A stretch of 63,306 bases of DNA, filler included, from Reticulomyxa filosa (GCA_000512085.1; 18 parts of 18 records of this genome joined end to end with filler, not necessarily neighbours in it), one strand, 5' to 3'. Positions 24,988 to 39,568 are shown, numbered from the whole stretch's first letter. Notes: a model not told the origin generated them from the sequence alone. Translations and numbers: made by a program.

Positions 24988-25866
24988 ACGCTCAACGATT
25001 TCAAGAATTTTTCAAATTGCTTCCCTTGGCAGTGGTGTCCCCTTTCACGGTGGTAATAGGACTGCTTTATATATGTATATACGTGGCGAAAAGTTGGTAC
25101 CCGTTTTTAGGACTGATTGTGTATGCCACGCTGATGCCGACGCAAGTGTGGTTTTCGAAAAAGTTTGGAAAGTTGAGAGACCAAGCGGTGCAGCACACGG
25201 ACGCGAGATTGAAGTTGATCAACGAGGTGTTGGTGGGATGTCTGGCGATGAAAATGTATTGTTGGGAGAAGCCCTTGTTCGACTCGATTACGAAATCGCG
25301 CGCGTTAGAAATGAAATACATTGGACGTGCAGCAACGATTAAGGGTTTAATTTCAGTTTGATGTTCAGCAGTCAAGCGTTGATCACCTTGGTGATCTTTG
25401 TGCCTTTTTATGTGTCTCACGGCTATCTGTTGCCGAGCGTCATATATCCGGTGGTCACTTTTTTTGCATTGTGGAGATACGCCATCCTACTCCACGTCCC
25501 AGTGTGCGTCCAAATCAATAGCGAGTTGACCGTCAGTGTGCATCGCATCACACAGTTCCTGCTTATCCCGGAGATCGTCTCCAACGCGATTCAGTCCGAC
25601 CCCATCGCAAACAAGGTCTTGGACGACCAGTCAAATCGAGTCCAAGACCACCTGCAGCGCGTGTTGTCGTCGTCGATGATGTATAGCAGCAACCGCGTTA
25701 ATGAGGAAGAGATGAAGATAGATAATAATGAAAAGGAGCAAGAGAAAGAGAAAGAAAAAGAAAAAGAGAATGAAATAAGGAAGGAAACGGAGATGGAAAT
25801 GGAAATGGAGATGGGAATAAAGATCGATACAAAAACTGACACCAATACAACAGCAACAACAACAGC

Positions 25867-25898
<32 letters not shown>

Positions 25899-27750
25899 CG
25901 ACAATAACATTACATGATGGCAATGATGACATTGACAAAAACAATAAAATAGATGACCCCACAATAATATCCAAAGCTTGTGTGCTAATGAATGGAGTCA
26001 CCTTTTCGTGGAATAGTGTGCCACAAGTCACACTAAAACGGATCTTGACGTCGAAGAAAACGCACAGCCGACAAGACGAACAGAAGGAGCAGATCAACAG
26101 ACACATTTCCGTCACACAAGTGCAAGCACTGGACGACGATAACGATGGTGATGATGATGGTGATGGTGACGGGGAGAGAAACAGAGCCGATCTTCAAAAG
26201 CTGATGCTGGACATTGGCTATGGCAACAACGACACCTTAATTGCAGTTGTTGGGAAAATTGGGTCTGGCAAGTCTTCCTTGCTGTCTGCCATTATTGGTG
26301 AGATGCCACTGAAATATGACCAACGTGGACAGTTGCTTATCAAAGGGACCAAAGCCTATGTGTCCCAAAAGTCGTGGATCTTCTCCGCCAGCGTCAAAGA
26401 TAACATTGTCTTTGGCCATCCCTGGGACGAGTCGTGGTACCAACAAGTCATCGTCGCCTGTGCTTTGCGACCTGATTTTCTTTTGTTTCCTCATGGCGAT
26501 GAAACCATCATTGGAGAAGTTTCTTTTTTTTTTTGTTTATATGTATATATTAGATATTTGTACATATACATATGCATGCATGTATGTATGTACGTATGTA
26601 CGTATAAAAAAAAAAAAAAAAGAGGGGCATTAACTTGTCCGGAGGCCAAAAAGCTCGCGTTGGATTAGCTCGAAGTGTGTATGCAAAGGCAGACATTGTG
26701 CTGTTAGACGACCCATTGGCAGCCGTGGACAGCATTGTTGCGAAGCATATCTTTGATAATGTGCTGGACAAAAACACCGGCATAATGAAAGGAATAAAGA
26801 TATTGGTAACGCATCAAACGCAGTTTTTGTCTCGCGTGGACAAGGTGATTGTCATGGAAAATGGGCAAATCGCGCATTGCGACTCGTTGGCAGGATTGCG
26901 CAGACAAGGGATCAATATCAAATCCCTGGTCGATCAAAACCAAAGCATCTTTGACAACGATCACGATACCGCGCTGGCGTCTTCGCCAAGGCCGTCGCAA
27001 TCCCCTGCTCTGTTGGCTTCTTCCTCGCTCTCTTCGATGGCCAATCTGAATACCACATCATCATCGTCCACATCATCATCGTCATCTACGTCCACTACTG
27101 TTGCACCCGATCAATTGGCAAAGGTTCAAATCAAAACACAAACTCAAACCCAAATCAAAGAAGCTGCATTAAAACAAAGTATTGTCAAAGTGGAAGATGT
27201 GCAATCTGGTTGGTCTTTTTTTTTTTAAAAAAAAAAAAAATAAATAATAATAATAAAATCTATACATGTACATATATGTATATATATTGTATTGTATGTA
27301 CGTATACTAATACAGGTCGTGTCAACAAACTCAACTACTTAAATATACTACCCTCGAAAAATGACACAATGAGAGCTCGATTGTGGGGAGGTTTTGGACT
27401 TTTGTGTTTGATGTTTTGCGCGCAAATGGCATTGACGTCGAGCGAATATTGGCTGGGTTACTGGAGCGGCTTGTCTCTAAGTAAACAACACCGAAACAAG
27501 CACTACATGTACATTTACTGCGGGTGGGTGGGTCTCACGTTGTCGTTGGCCTTGGCGAGGAGCATGTCGTGTTTCCGAGTCTTGATCGTCGGCGCCCATC
27601 AGCTTCATGACGCCATGTTCAGAGGCGTGTTATACGCCCCTATGCAATTTTTCGAAAGCAACCCCATTGGCAGGATTTTGAACCGCTTTAGTAAAGATCA
27701 ATGGATTGTGGATGAAATGTTGCCGTTTATTGCTTATGATGCTTTACAAG
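24988..27750 (+). CDS. ABCC/MRP transporter fragment (end of TMD1, NBD1, start of TMD2)
   Basis: TDARLKLINEVL..MKMYCWE; Walker A GKIGSGKSS; AYVSQKSWI; signature LSGGQKARV; LLDDPLAAVD; LHDAMFRGVLYAPMQFFESNPIGRILNRFSKD. Introns at about 26519-26622 and 27209-27315. Confidence 0.95.
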
Positions 27751-30079
27751 GTTTATTTTAATAAAAAAAATATGTGTAAAAAAAAAAAAAAAAAANNNNN
27801 NNNNNNNNNNNNNNNNNNNNNNNNNNNNNNNNNNNNNNNTTAATTAATTAANNNNNNNNNNNNNNNNNNNNNNNNNNNNNNNNNNNNNNNNNNNNACAAG
27901 AGGATAGAGGGGAGGAAGGGGGGGAGAGGGGGATACACACCACAATGAACTTGATTTGCAGTGAAACGGTCGGTGAACCCGGCAAACTCTTTTGTTCACT
28001 CATAGCGCATTCCAACATTTTTGCTCCTCGAGATTTGAATGGAGTTGTCGACTGCGAGTTGTGATGGTTCGGATACACCGTATCGGGCAACTGCTTCCAA
28101 TGTGTGGGGTCACTAGGGTTGAACCACTGCGTGCAATGCAACACCGTCCTTTCTTTGGCGAACATTGGCCTTCGATGCACTTTTGCTTGCTTTCGTGTGA
28201 CACTCTCGGTGCTGGGCTTGCTTTCTTCGAACCCATTTAACGCATGCCACACCGTGTCATCGTTGCTACACCATGCAGACGGCAAGTAAAGTATCTTTTT
28301 CGTATGTGACACCCGAGACGGAGTTTGTCGGTACTCGCTTTGTTGTGGCTTTTCATACACTGGAATCTGTGTGCATTCAACATATTTTTTGCTTGCTGTG
28401 CAAAAGTATAAAAACGTGGAAGAGAGAGGGAACAAGGATTGAAATATCCGAATAAAAATTGGGGGAGTGCGAATGAAAATATTGGCTTTTTTTTTTTTCT
28501 CCTCATCTTCTAATTCAATCTTTTTCTGTGCAGTTTGCTTTTCAAATTCGTGCACGATATTTTTGGTGTAAACAAAATAATAATACCGTAAATTGCACCC
28601 GTTTGCATGCGCTTTTCAACATGGTGTCATTAGATTTTTCATCACTTTCCAATTGCGTGGCTGTGTTTCTTTTTTATTGTTGTGCAAACGCTAACAGTTT
28701 TGACTTGTGTGCAGACTGTGCTGCCGATCTGTTACCTAGGTGTTGTCGTGTTCTTGTTGGGCTTTTTCAGAATTGATTTGATCAATGGTTGTCCATTGTC
28801 AAGTTTGGGAACTTCAATTGAAGGATTATCCACAGCAATGGTGATGCTTTCACCAAGATCAGAAATCATTAGCCGACGTAAGTTTCTTTGACAAGAATCC
28901 TTGGTTGTTCTAAAACAAAGCTTCTATGTGAGAACACCTTTACTTATAAAAGGTTAAATTACGATAGTTGTATAATCCAAGTCGGATACAACTCGCTCAT
29001 CAACATATTTCAACTTATGTTTTGCAATCTAGTCTTGTGGAATTATCATAATGATTGTAAATCAACAATTGCAATAACACAAAACAACACAAATATCGTC
29101 GGTATCTTCCCAAATTAATGCTAAAGCACAAAATAAAAAAAACCAAAAAAGGCCAAGAAAAAAAATTATATGTACAACAAGATTTGATATAAGTCCACCG
29201 ATAAATAAAGGAGGACATTATTTGGGGGAAAAAAAATAACAATAGCAAGAGTGCAATGAATTCTTTAAAAACATATTTTTTCTTTTCATGGTAAGTTTAA
29301 TGTTGTATTGCCTCTTTCCAATATTAAAGCTTTTTCTTTAAGTCCTCTACTATATCTCGCGTAATTTTAACCATTGCGCCTAATTTCTTCCCTCCAGCTA
29401 CTTTATGTTCAACTTTGGCTTTATCTTGTCCTAATGGGCGTATGACTTGAAAAGTGTCAGGCGTGGCACTGCACGTGAGAACAAAGAAGCCATGTTCTTG
29501 TTTGTCCATTTGTTTCGGCAAGGAGGAGACAAAGGAAAGCAATCATCAAACGAAAAGTTTGTGTCATCACAAAGGGCAGAAAGAAGTAAGTACTTAAAAG
29601 AGCATTTTCAAAAAGATGAAAACAAAAAAATACCGCCAGAGAATTCGATTGTTACTTTATCATGCCATCCAAACAGATCCGGTGGTGTTATCTGCACATT
29701 GCCGTCTGTGTGAAAGAATTAAAAGTGATATGTGCTATGCAGAACCTCTTCCATNNNNNNNNNNNNNNNNNNNNNNNNNNNNNNNNNNNNNNNNNNNNTT
29801 AATTAATTAANNNNNNNNNNNNNNNNNNNNNNNNNNNNNNNNNNNNNNNNNNNNTTTTGTTGCTTTGACGAACTTTTTTCTCCCCCTTCATGTTTGTTGT
29901 ATGATAATCTTTCTTTTATCTTATACATTAAAAAGAAGCTAAGAGATTTGTACAAGGTACTAACGTTTTACTCAATTACATGCTTACCTTGCTGTGTATC
30001 CCACTAATGTGGCCTGACAGCCTGTCAGCGTCAGTGCTCTATCTCTCGTATGATGTGCTCTTGGTACCCAATCTGGTGC

Positions 30080-30400
30080 TTTTTCTGAAGATGCTTTTGG
30101 TCCACGAATATCAAATCTTCAAAAACGGGAAGTTCAATGGAAACACTCATTCCAACAACATCATAATCACGCCCGATGGACGTCTCGTAATTATCGACTA
30201 CGGCCAGTTGAAATACCTTTTCAATGAAGAACTCGCTTACTTGACCGAACTGATCATTGACCTGGCCGATCGCAACTAGGAAAGTGTTGTCGAAAAGGTC
30301 GATGAAATGGAATTTCGATCCCCAAATGCATGGATCAATTACTTCATCAAAGTCATGACCACCATTAGAGTTGGTCGCTTAGATAATGATATTTGGAAAG
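30080..30400 (+). pseudogene. ABC1/UbiB (ADCK) atypical kinase relic
   Basis: QIFKNGKFNGNTHSNNIIITPDGRLVIIDYGQLK versus the family motif QIF..GFF.aDPHpGNI....dGrl.lIDyG. The catalytic DPH is changed to NTH, and there is an in-frame TAG at 30277. Confidence 0.7.
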
Positions 30401-31146
30401 ATATGTCGATCGTCGTGTTTTTTTACTCTTTTTGAGAAATCTAGACGAACATGTCAAAGTTCGGGGAATTTTTACTTGACCAAAGAACAGTCTTTCTCTT
30501 GCTGTGGCTATAAGGAATGTATAGAAAAATCCATCCTAAAAAAAGAAAGAAGTATGGAGCCAGCAATATTATATTACAACCGATAAGAAAGAAACGTGTG
30601 AGCGATACTGGACGGATGGTATGTCCAAAATGCAGAAAAAGAAATCGGAAACTCGACAAATATGGCGTATCTTGCACATTTTTTTATCTTGAAAAACTAC
30701 ATTGAAATCTATCGAGAATGTTCCATTTCTTGACTTCATCAATGCATTGCTGACTTGGAGAATGAGTTTAATTGTTTCATTTCTATTGTTATTAGATATA
30801 CAATTAATTTAGAAGCTTCTCCACTTTTATAATTCAATATGCTACCAAATGCAAGATCAGTTTATCATAAGCCCGCATTAATTGCTTACAATTTATTTTC
30901 TTCTGCTTTTAATCATTTTTTTTTTCCAAGATTTTTGTCAAAATTTACCCCATTCGTCACGTTTATGAGCATTCAAAAAAGACCAATTGTTTGAGTGTGA
31001 ACAAAAAAAAAAAGGGGAGACCATCATAGAAAAAAATTTATATATANNNNNNNNNNNNNNNNNNNNNNNNNNNNNNNNNNNNNNNNNNNNTTAATTAATT
31101 AANNNNNNNNNNNNNNNNNNNNNNNNNNNNNNNNNNNNNNNNNNNN

Positions 31147-32357
31147 CGAGTGTTGTTGAGTCTGTCCAAATGTTTCATTCAAGTTGCGTTTCTTTGGTAG
31201 TTGTGTCGACTGTGTTGACTGTGAGTCGAATGATTGTTGATTTGCATTTTTCATTATATTTTCATTAATATTTTCATTAATATTTTCATTAATATTTTCA
31301 TTGATGTTTTCATTGGTATTGGAATCGATAGAGGACAACAACAATGACGTCGAAACAAAACGATCGATCATTCGTTCAATCATAATTTTCATTCGATCAA
31401 TCATGGCTGCCCAATTTTTGGAATCAAAGTTACGCTTGATTTCATCGGTGGCGTGTTTGTACGGATTTTGTTTCAGATTCAACCACGACAATGTCTTAGA
31501 AAAGAGCAGGCCAAAATGTTTCATGACGGGCAGAGCGTGGATGCGCATATCGACGGGTTTGTACCCTCCCAAAAAGTCGCTACTGTCGGTGGACTGGGAA
31601 AGGTTTTGGATGACCAGTTTCTGATTCATGCGTTGTGCCAGATACTGGATGGATGCTGTTTTGCCATTGCCTGTTTCGCCTACGAGTAGGACAGGTTCGT
31701 TGTTGACCACACACATTGCAATCTGTTCCATCAAACACAGTGCATGTCGAGTGAGAACAAAGTTGGTCCATGATTGCCGTTTCAGTTCCTTTTCAAATTC
31801 GTGTTCACTTGCATTGGCATTGGCATTGACACTACCCTTTTTCGCTTGTGCAGCTGTCAACTGCGGATTGCGCAGCACACAACGCTTTTCATTCTTGTTG
31901 TACAAAAACACCAATTGTCCATCGTCCCCTCTCAACTCTGGTATGCGTTGCATCAACAGACGCTCCACGCTAGTGGGATCCAAGTTGAAGAAGCGTCCGA
32001 TTTCCTTGGCCATGTGCAGACGGACTTTGAACTCGCTCTGCCACGCCATGCAGCAGTCGTAGAACTCCAGCAGCAGCTTCACGCCCAAGGTGGTTGTTAT
32101 CCGTTCTCCTTCAAACGACCGAATGTATTCGTTTTTGTTGATTCTGCGCATGAACTTCACGTAGTCGTGCAGCGTGATCCTGCGACCACCGCCGTTGCCG
32201 CCACCACCACCACTACCACCGCCATGCATCCCCACTATCTTCGTCTCGATGCGACATAATTGGGGATATAGCCACGATTCCACGTGTTGTAAGTACTCTC
32301 CCAACTTTACCTGATGAGCCATACTAATTTGTGAACATAGTTCCGCGTAGTTATTCA

Positions 32358-32358
<1 letters not shown>
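31147..32358 (-). CDS. MDN1: Midasin (Rea1) AAA-ATPase fragment
   Basis: LMEQIAMCVVNNEPVLLVGETGNGKTASIQYLA...NLSQSTDSSDFLGGYKPVD and RRITLHDYVKF are midasin AAA motifs. Includes a (NINE)n insert. Confidence 0.92.
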
Positions 32359-32393
<35 letters not shown>

Positions 32394-33299
32394 NNNNNNN
32401 NNNNNNNNNNNNNNNNNNNNNNNNNNNNNNNNNNNNNTTAATTAATTAANNNNNNNNNNNNNNNNNNNNNNNNNNNNNNNNNNNNNNNNNNNNACAATTG
32501 TCAGCATATCTGCAGAATTGATTGAATCTTCAATTGAATATATTATTACATGTAGCATATCGAAAGGAAAAATAATGAATTGCAGTTATTATTGTGAATA
32601 AAATGTCATGCAGTTCTCAAGAAGGATCTGTAAAAGACAAAATTTATATTATTATCTCAATGTGTTATTATGACAACAAAGCTTGTCTAATGTTTTATCA
32701 CATTTATTTCGAATAACAATAATACAAAGTCAATGGTCATAAAGAAATATTTTTGAATTGAAAAATTATGATGAGTTGAAGAGTTCCTTAAAAAGGGTCT
32801 AGTTACAGATTTTTTATTTTTTTATGTCGCATCTTTTGTTTTATTCATTGTTTCCAAAGTTTACAAGGATAGAATTTACATTCCCGGATTGACGAAGAGA
32901 TTTTGTGTACGAAAATGGTCGAAAGAGTTCAAAGAGATTATAACGATATTTTTTTAACTGAAAAATATTTTCGATAATGTCCAAGATATTGACATTATTT
33001 CATCTCCGATCGAAAATTTATTGTGTGCATTGTTTTACAAAATAAAAAATTATTATCTGAATTTTTTTAATTATGCATTCAAAGAATCGATTGTCGATTT
33101 AAAAAATAGCGTTACTTTCATCATTAGCTGAACTCTGTTTAATAAATGATCCTATTAGACTGAAAAGTGACATGAAATAGCTCGTTGTTAAACGAAGCGA
33201 TTTGTTTCAAATTTTCTTTATGTCCCAACAGACGACAGTGTCTAAATCTTTTGATATTTCATATCGCGTAATGTCACTTTGTTATTTTATCACATAATC

Positions 33300-33990
33300 A
33301 AAACGAATACAAGTTTGTCTGTGAGTATCCAATTGATGTTAGATTGTCTGGACATTTGTTATAAAACTGGTAGATAATAACAGTAACAAAAACAAAGACA
33401 GAAATGAAACCACTTTGTTGTTTTTTGGTGGAAATACATATACACGACATACATTGTCGTCATTCCAAACACTTACATAGTTCATCACCAATGAAATGAA
33501 CAAACCAAAGCAGTCAAACAATTGCAATCAATGGTTTCCTTCGACAGATAGCAACAATTATCCAATTCACATTGGAAGAGAAAATGATAATCATTATGGG
33601 GTTCGTGCATTGATCGGTGGAAGCAACAATCATTTATTATTTATCGCTTATAAACCAAAGAAAATTAGTGTGTTTAATTTAAATACACTCGAATTTATTA
33701 GAGATGATATTTTACTAGCTATGGACAAAGTATGGTATCATTGCTTTGTACCAAATTCAGAAAATGGATATAGCTGGAAGGGTAGAAAATACTCTGTTTC
33801 AAAAGCAGTGCACAAAAAATTAATGGATTACATTTGAACTTACTTTGCCAATTCCATTGAAAGATTGTTTTGGGATATCTAATCAAGAAATCAGCCAAAT
33901 ACATATCATTGGTGGATGTAATGATAAAATTGTTCCAGTATCAACTCATATAAAGACAAAAGTGAGTGCATAGAGGAATGCTTCACATCT
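33300..33990 (+). pseudogene. Decayed kelch-like repeat family member
   Basis: CNQW.P.TD.NN.PIHIGR..D.Y.GVRALIGGSNNHLLFI...ISVFNLNT..FI..D.L, flanked by frameshifted and stop-interrupted continuation. Confidence 0.6.
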
Positions 33991-34083
33991 GCTAATAATT
34001 ATTTCAACCATTTAGACCTGTCTTACTTTGTACAAAAATAAATTGTACTGTATGGCCAATTAACAACAATAGACAGTCAAATA

Positions 34084-34416
34084 GTGAAATCAAATTTGTC
34101 TCCAGATGGTAAATTTATTGTATCCTGTTCTAATGATAATACAATTCGAATATGGAATATTAAAACAGGAAAAGAATGGAAAACATTGAAAGGATGTTCA
34201 ACATATGTTTATGATGTAAAGTATTTTCCAAGTAGCCAAACAATTGTATCTTGTTCAAGTGATAATATGGTTCAATTGTGGAACATAAAATCAGGGAAGG
34301 AAATACAAAGATTTGAAGGGTATTCTTATTTTATGATGTGCGTAGATGTTTCTCAAAATAATAATACAATTGCGCCAGGTTCTATAGATTGTAAAATTCG
34401 AATTTGGAAATTATAA
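34084..34416 (+). pseudogene. WD40-repeat fragment (3 repeats), probably pseudogenic
   Basis: SPDGKFIVSCSNDNTIRIWN, IVSCSSDNMVQLWN, GSIDCKIRIW. The GH dipeptides are degraded (GC, GY) and there is no intact upstream frame. Confidence 0.75.
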
Positions 34417-34751
34417 AATTTTTACAAACAAATCATACAATAAGTGAATATTGAAAATGCTTTTTGTTCACCGCAGTTATTATTAGTTTAGCTAATTTCA
34501 TTCATTCTTTTTTCTTTGGCAAACATGTTTTATTTTTCTTGTGTGAAAAAGCCATTTATAGTTTAGTTTTAAAAATGACAGAACTACCAATCGAACAGCA
34601 TAAAAATAAAATAAAGCTGTTATCCGTCTTACGTATACTGAAAAGTTTTTCNNNNNNNNNNNNNNNNNNNNNNNNNNNNNNNNNNNNNNNNNNNNTTAAT
34701 TAATTAANNNNNNNNNNNNNNNNNNNNNNNNNNNNNNNNNNNNNNNNNNNN

Positions 34752-34973
34752 GACGCCTTCGGCACCGGCGGCTTCACCGGCGTGCTGGAACGCTACACCT
34801 ATCCGAAGCTGTTCAACCTCTATCTCGACCCGAAGGAGCAGCACAATTACCTGACGCGCAAGCTGGCCTACATCGAGGCCTTCCAACTCGGCATGCGCAA
34901 CCACCTGGGCACCTTCAAGAAGTACCCGGCCAAGAAGATCATGGGCATCAAGGTCGAAGACAAGCGCGAGTAG
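34752..34973 (+). CDS. Bacterial arylsulfatase-like protein, C-terminal fragment
   Basis: High-GC codon usage; PKLFNLYLDPKE..N is a sulfatase C-terminal motif; ends in TAG at 34973. Confidence 0.7.
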   Translation, partial: DAFGTGGFTGVLERYTYPKLFNLYLDPKEQHNYLTRKLAYIEAFQLGMRNHLGTFKKYPAKKIMGIKVEDKRE

Positions 34974-34995
34974 TCTCGGCAGGCGCGGCGCGGGG

Positions 34996-36056
34996 TTACG
35001 GAGCGATCCCCGTTAATCCCCTGCCGTCAGACCGACAAGGCCGGGCACGTGCCGCCGCACCGCAAGCCGTGCCCGGCGTTTGCGATACCAGAATCACTAT
35101 GCCGGTTACGGACAGGACAGCGACCACGATCCCCATGACCGAGATCAGGATGCGGCCCGCCAGACCGAGGATCCGGCCGGAGTGCAGGGGAAACTGCGCC
35201 TGTACGAAGATGTCGGCGGCAGTAGCCCTTCCAGGGCTGACGGTCACCGACCAGGCGGCCGTCCGCGCCGTCGAAGTAGAGGCGCGCCGGCCCTACGCCC
35301 GCGCCGCCGTGATCGTCGCCAGGAAGAAAGAACAGTGCGCCATAGATGCCGTAGTGCTGGGCGTAGAACACACCTCCGACCGGCTCTGCCCAGCCGCGGC
35401 GCATCCCCTCCGCACGGGCGAGGTCGATTACTTCGGCGAAGCCGACCCCCGGATCGATCGGCCGATGCTTGTCGGCCATGGTTCGCAGTTCGAAGGGCCC
35501 GGAGTCACTTTCGAGATCAGCGACATCATCGGATAGAAGGCTTCGCGGTAGAGGTTCAGCGAGAACCCCGTGAAGGCCAGGATGAACAGCAGGAGCCAGG
35601 TCCAGAGCCCGAACGCCCGGTGAAGGTCGAAATTGAGGCGGTAGGTGCTGCCGGATGTCTTGATCCGCCAGGCAGGCTTCCAGCGCGACCACCAACCGCG
35701 TTGCAGAGCGCGCGCGACGCCGACGGGTCGGCCCGGGTTAGGCGGATGCCGGACCGGCAGCGTCAGGTAGAATCCAATGAAGCAGTCGACGGCCCAGATG
35801 GCGGCGACGACGCCCAGCAGCCACAGGCCCCAGCGGTCGATGCCCCACATCTCCGGGATGTGCAGGCTGTAGTGCAGCTTGTAGAGGAACGAGATGAAGG
35901 TTTCTGACGTGATCGGCCAGGCCTGCCCCCATTGGCGCCTGCCCAGTTCAGCGCCGGTCGCCGGATCGAGGAAGACCTGATTGTAGCCCGGTTCGGAGAG
36001 GCGGCCCGTCGCGGGATCGACGCGCGGCTGCACACTGAACGACAGCGATTCGCCCG
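34996..36056 (-). CDS. Bacterial PepSY-associated TM-helix (PepSY_TM, iron-regulated membrane) protein, 5' truncated and frameshifted
   Basis: VFLDPATG..LG, FLYKLHYSL, NFDLHRAFGLW..FTG, LYFDGADG and FPLHSGRILG..GRIL..VTG are spread over three frames (shifts near 35500, 35228, 35090). Confidence 0.85.
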
Positions 36057-37067
36057 NNNNNNNNNNNNNNNNNNNNNNNNNNNNNNNNNNNNNNNNNNNN
36101 TTAATTAATTAANNNNNNNNNNNNNNNNNNNNNNNNNNNNNNNNNNNNNNNNNNNNGTTGGAACCGAAGGGTTTGAATTCCGGGTTTTTAAAAACAAAAA
36201 AAAAAGGCAACCTGGGACAAAACAAAACTCAAGACAAAAAATTTCATGCACATTTCTTCTAAAAGCACAAAACAAAAAAAACAGCAAATTGAAATCCCAA
36301 CAGCCAGTCACCAATGCATATCCATCATCAAATATGCCCAAACATGAAACACGACTATCAAAATAAAACCATCTAAAAATTTCCTAGTTTCATATATATA
36401 AGGCGTTTCACACAAATGGAGAACAAAATATTCCCAGTGATCAGTATTGAAAATCTAGCCTTTCCAAAGATAATTAGTACAGATTATGAATTATATCATG
36501 TTGTGTGATATGTTGCTGAAAACTTTTAATTTAAGTATAATACAAAGCATTATATTCAAATTCCAAGGAAAAGAGAATAATTTGATTACATTTTAAGAAA
36601 GGCCGAATCGCAATAAATGTATTGTTGTAGATTGTGCGATTAATAATGTAAAAACGTTTGTAGATTTTTGTATCAATAAAGAAACAAAATTTCTTGTCAA
36701 AGAGGGAGTGCATCAGCAAGAGTCACATAATCAAATTGGCGTTTCTAAAAGGAGATAGCCAAGAAATAAAAAATACAAAAATATCATAAGTAAAAAAAAA
36801 AAAATAATCTTTTGTTGAAATTCGGAGGAGTTTGAATATTTTCCTCTTCGTTTCTCGAAAGTAATAGCTATTAGTATAATTTTTTTTTTTGAGATCAACA
36901 CTGAACCTATGGTATGGCAACGCAGCCAACCCATGTTTCAAGTAAGACGATATAGTTGCATGTTGTGTAAACAAAAAGAGCACTAGTGAATGTATACGTG
37001 CATATACATATATATATATATATATGATGCATGTATATAACAAAAAACAAAAAAAAAAAAAAAAACG

Positions 37068-37801
37068 GAATATGAAGAACTGAGCAAGAAGACGACAATT
37101 CTTCATACCCGACACGCCTCGTTGAAGTCACCACAGACGACGACGATTCCTCCGTTGACAGGAGGGATGTCATCGAGCGGGAGTACGAACGTGCGAATGG
37201 GAAGTATGGGACAGACGAGTCACGGAGTGTCGAGTACGTCGTTATTGGGGAATCGAGTAGCACCAGTGAAGACACGAACGACAGATGGGAGTTATCGAGA
37301 GCGAATAAAAGCAAGCACATCATCGCCACGTGGTAACACAACGGGTTACGATGATCAAGAAGCAGCCGCGCACGAGTTTACAAAGAGCCTATTATCCAAG
37401 TTATCGAATGCAGTGAGTGCCACTTCTTTAACAAGTACAAGTACGACATCTGCAGCCACCAATAGTAATACCAATGTGATAATAAGTCCAAGCGAAAGAG
37501 GACACGCTGCTTCCGTCACCAACACCATAGCTGATTCAACACGCTTTGAAAAGCCAGTCAGTCGATCGACCACCGGACCTCAGATCAATGGAACCGACGA
37601 TGATATATCCGGAGCAGAAAGGGGTCCAGGGGGATCCGCAGAAGGAAGAGCGACAGCCCCCGGACAACTGATTCGCAGGTCATCCTCGCTGCTCAGTCGA
37701 TCGCCGTCGCTGCTGCGCGCGAGAACGTTATTCCAAAGTGGCAGCGTGCGCGACAGCACCATGAGCAATGATACCATCGGACGAAATAGTGTCGTGCTCG
37801 G

Positions 37802-37843
<42 letters not shown>

Positions 37844-38025
37844 AAATGCCAATGGCGCTGTCACCGCGACGCTGCAGCTGCTGCAGATGGAACAAGAGAA
37901 AAATCAACTACTCGAACAAATGATCATCCTTCAAAAAACTATTCGCGATCTGGGGGACACTTTGAAAAAAAGTGATGAAAAATTTCTCACCGTGGAAAAA
38001 GACAAACAAAAATTGATGTTTCGTG
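37068..38025 (+). CDS. Ser/Thr-rich low-complexity protein leading into a coiled coil (internal exon)
   Basis: A 320-codon GC-richer ORF flanked by A-tract introns, with a (GV)6 repeat from (GTCGGT)n. No family recognised. Confidence 0.55.
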
Positions 38026-38036
38026 TTTATTTTGTC

Positions 38037-38075
<39 letters not shown>

Positions 38076-39568
38076 NNNNNNNNNNNNNNNNNNNNNNNNN
38101 NNNNNNNNNNNNNNNNNNNTTAATTAATTAANNNNNNNNNNNNNNNNNNNNNNNNNNNNNNNNNNNNNNNNNNNNATTACTTGTCTTAAAAAAGTAATAA
38201 AAAAGTTGAAATTAACAAAAAGATATTATAAAAAATGAAATGTATTTTAAAATACATAACAGTTTGTATATAGTTTTAAAAGTGCTTATTTTCTTCGTAT
38301 ATTTGTTTTGATAAGTAATTATATTAAAATCAATCTAAATATTATATATTAAAACTTTTAATTGTTTATCAATTATTACATAATTCTTGATATATCATAA
38401 TCGAACAATTTTTTTCATTATTTCGATTATCTTTGATATTACTGTAATTGCACTTATTGTTTTCGTCACAATAGTATATAAATTGTATTTATCATTAATT
38501 GTGTCAATTTATATGTTTACTCAATATAAATTGAATCACTATATATTTGTGAATATCATGCAAGAATTTCTTTCAAGTTTGCAACTACATTTTGTAGTTA
38601 TTGGAACATTTCTTTTCTTTTCGTTCAAACATTTTAGTACTCATAATCAATTTACTTTATATCTTTATCGTTATAATTGTTTAGTAAATATTAAAAAATT
38701 AACTTATTGACAACTTAATAATATATTTAGTTTAATATATAATTGTAATCATATTTTTATTCAGCATGTTAACAAACAATACATCATATGCTTTTTTTAA
38801 TGTTGTTGACATATCAACTTATATGATACTATAAGTTTAAATGAAAAAATTTCAACAATTTAACAAAAAGAATAATGTTAAATGACAAACAACATATAAA
38901 CTTAAATTATACCTTGTTAATGTCATTTTACATTGGCTTTGCACATTCAAATTTTCCTTTATGAAATATATCTTTTTTACAAATGTAGCACGAACAATCA
39001 CAACTACTTGTATGAACCAATCAGACATTATCGTCAGTTTCGGAATATTTCTGTAACGGAAAATAAATAATTTTTTTGTAGTCAAAAAATACTTTTTATA
39101 GATTTTTTGTTTTCAATTAAACATGGCCGGTGATTGTTTTAAGATTATAACTTATTAAAGTGGTTTTTCCATCAGAAAATATGCAGAATTTTACAACTGT
39201 CATTACTTAAACACTTACAAATATTGTGTGCAAACAAATCTTTTCAACTAATTTTTTTTGCGAACACATTAAAAAGATGAGTTGTGAAACAAGAAGACAA
39301 TTTTTAAACAAAAAAGAAGGTATCTCTTCAGCCAAATCCCCTAAAAAAAAAAGGCTGGAAGACAGTTTGCTGAAAAGTACTTGATTAAAGTATTGTAAAT
39401 GTCTCCACTCAAAAAATGCTGTTGAGCAAAACACAAACAATTAACTTACGGTAAGACCTCAGCAGCACAAAAAAAAATTTGTTTGATTATTTAATTTAAA
39501 TGTTTGAGTAGAGGCTTGTAATAATAGATTAGGTTTTAAATGGTGTTATTGTTGTTTTGTGAAACATT

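Noticed and set aside
27896-29754. ORFs on contig 8 (235 aa and 72 aa on -)
   Set aside because: No recognisable family and interrupted frames; cannot support a call.
35080-35907. 275-aa + strand ORF in the bacterial contig
   Set aside because: Shadow ORF antisense to the PepSY_TM gene in high-GC DNA.
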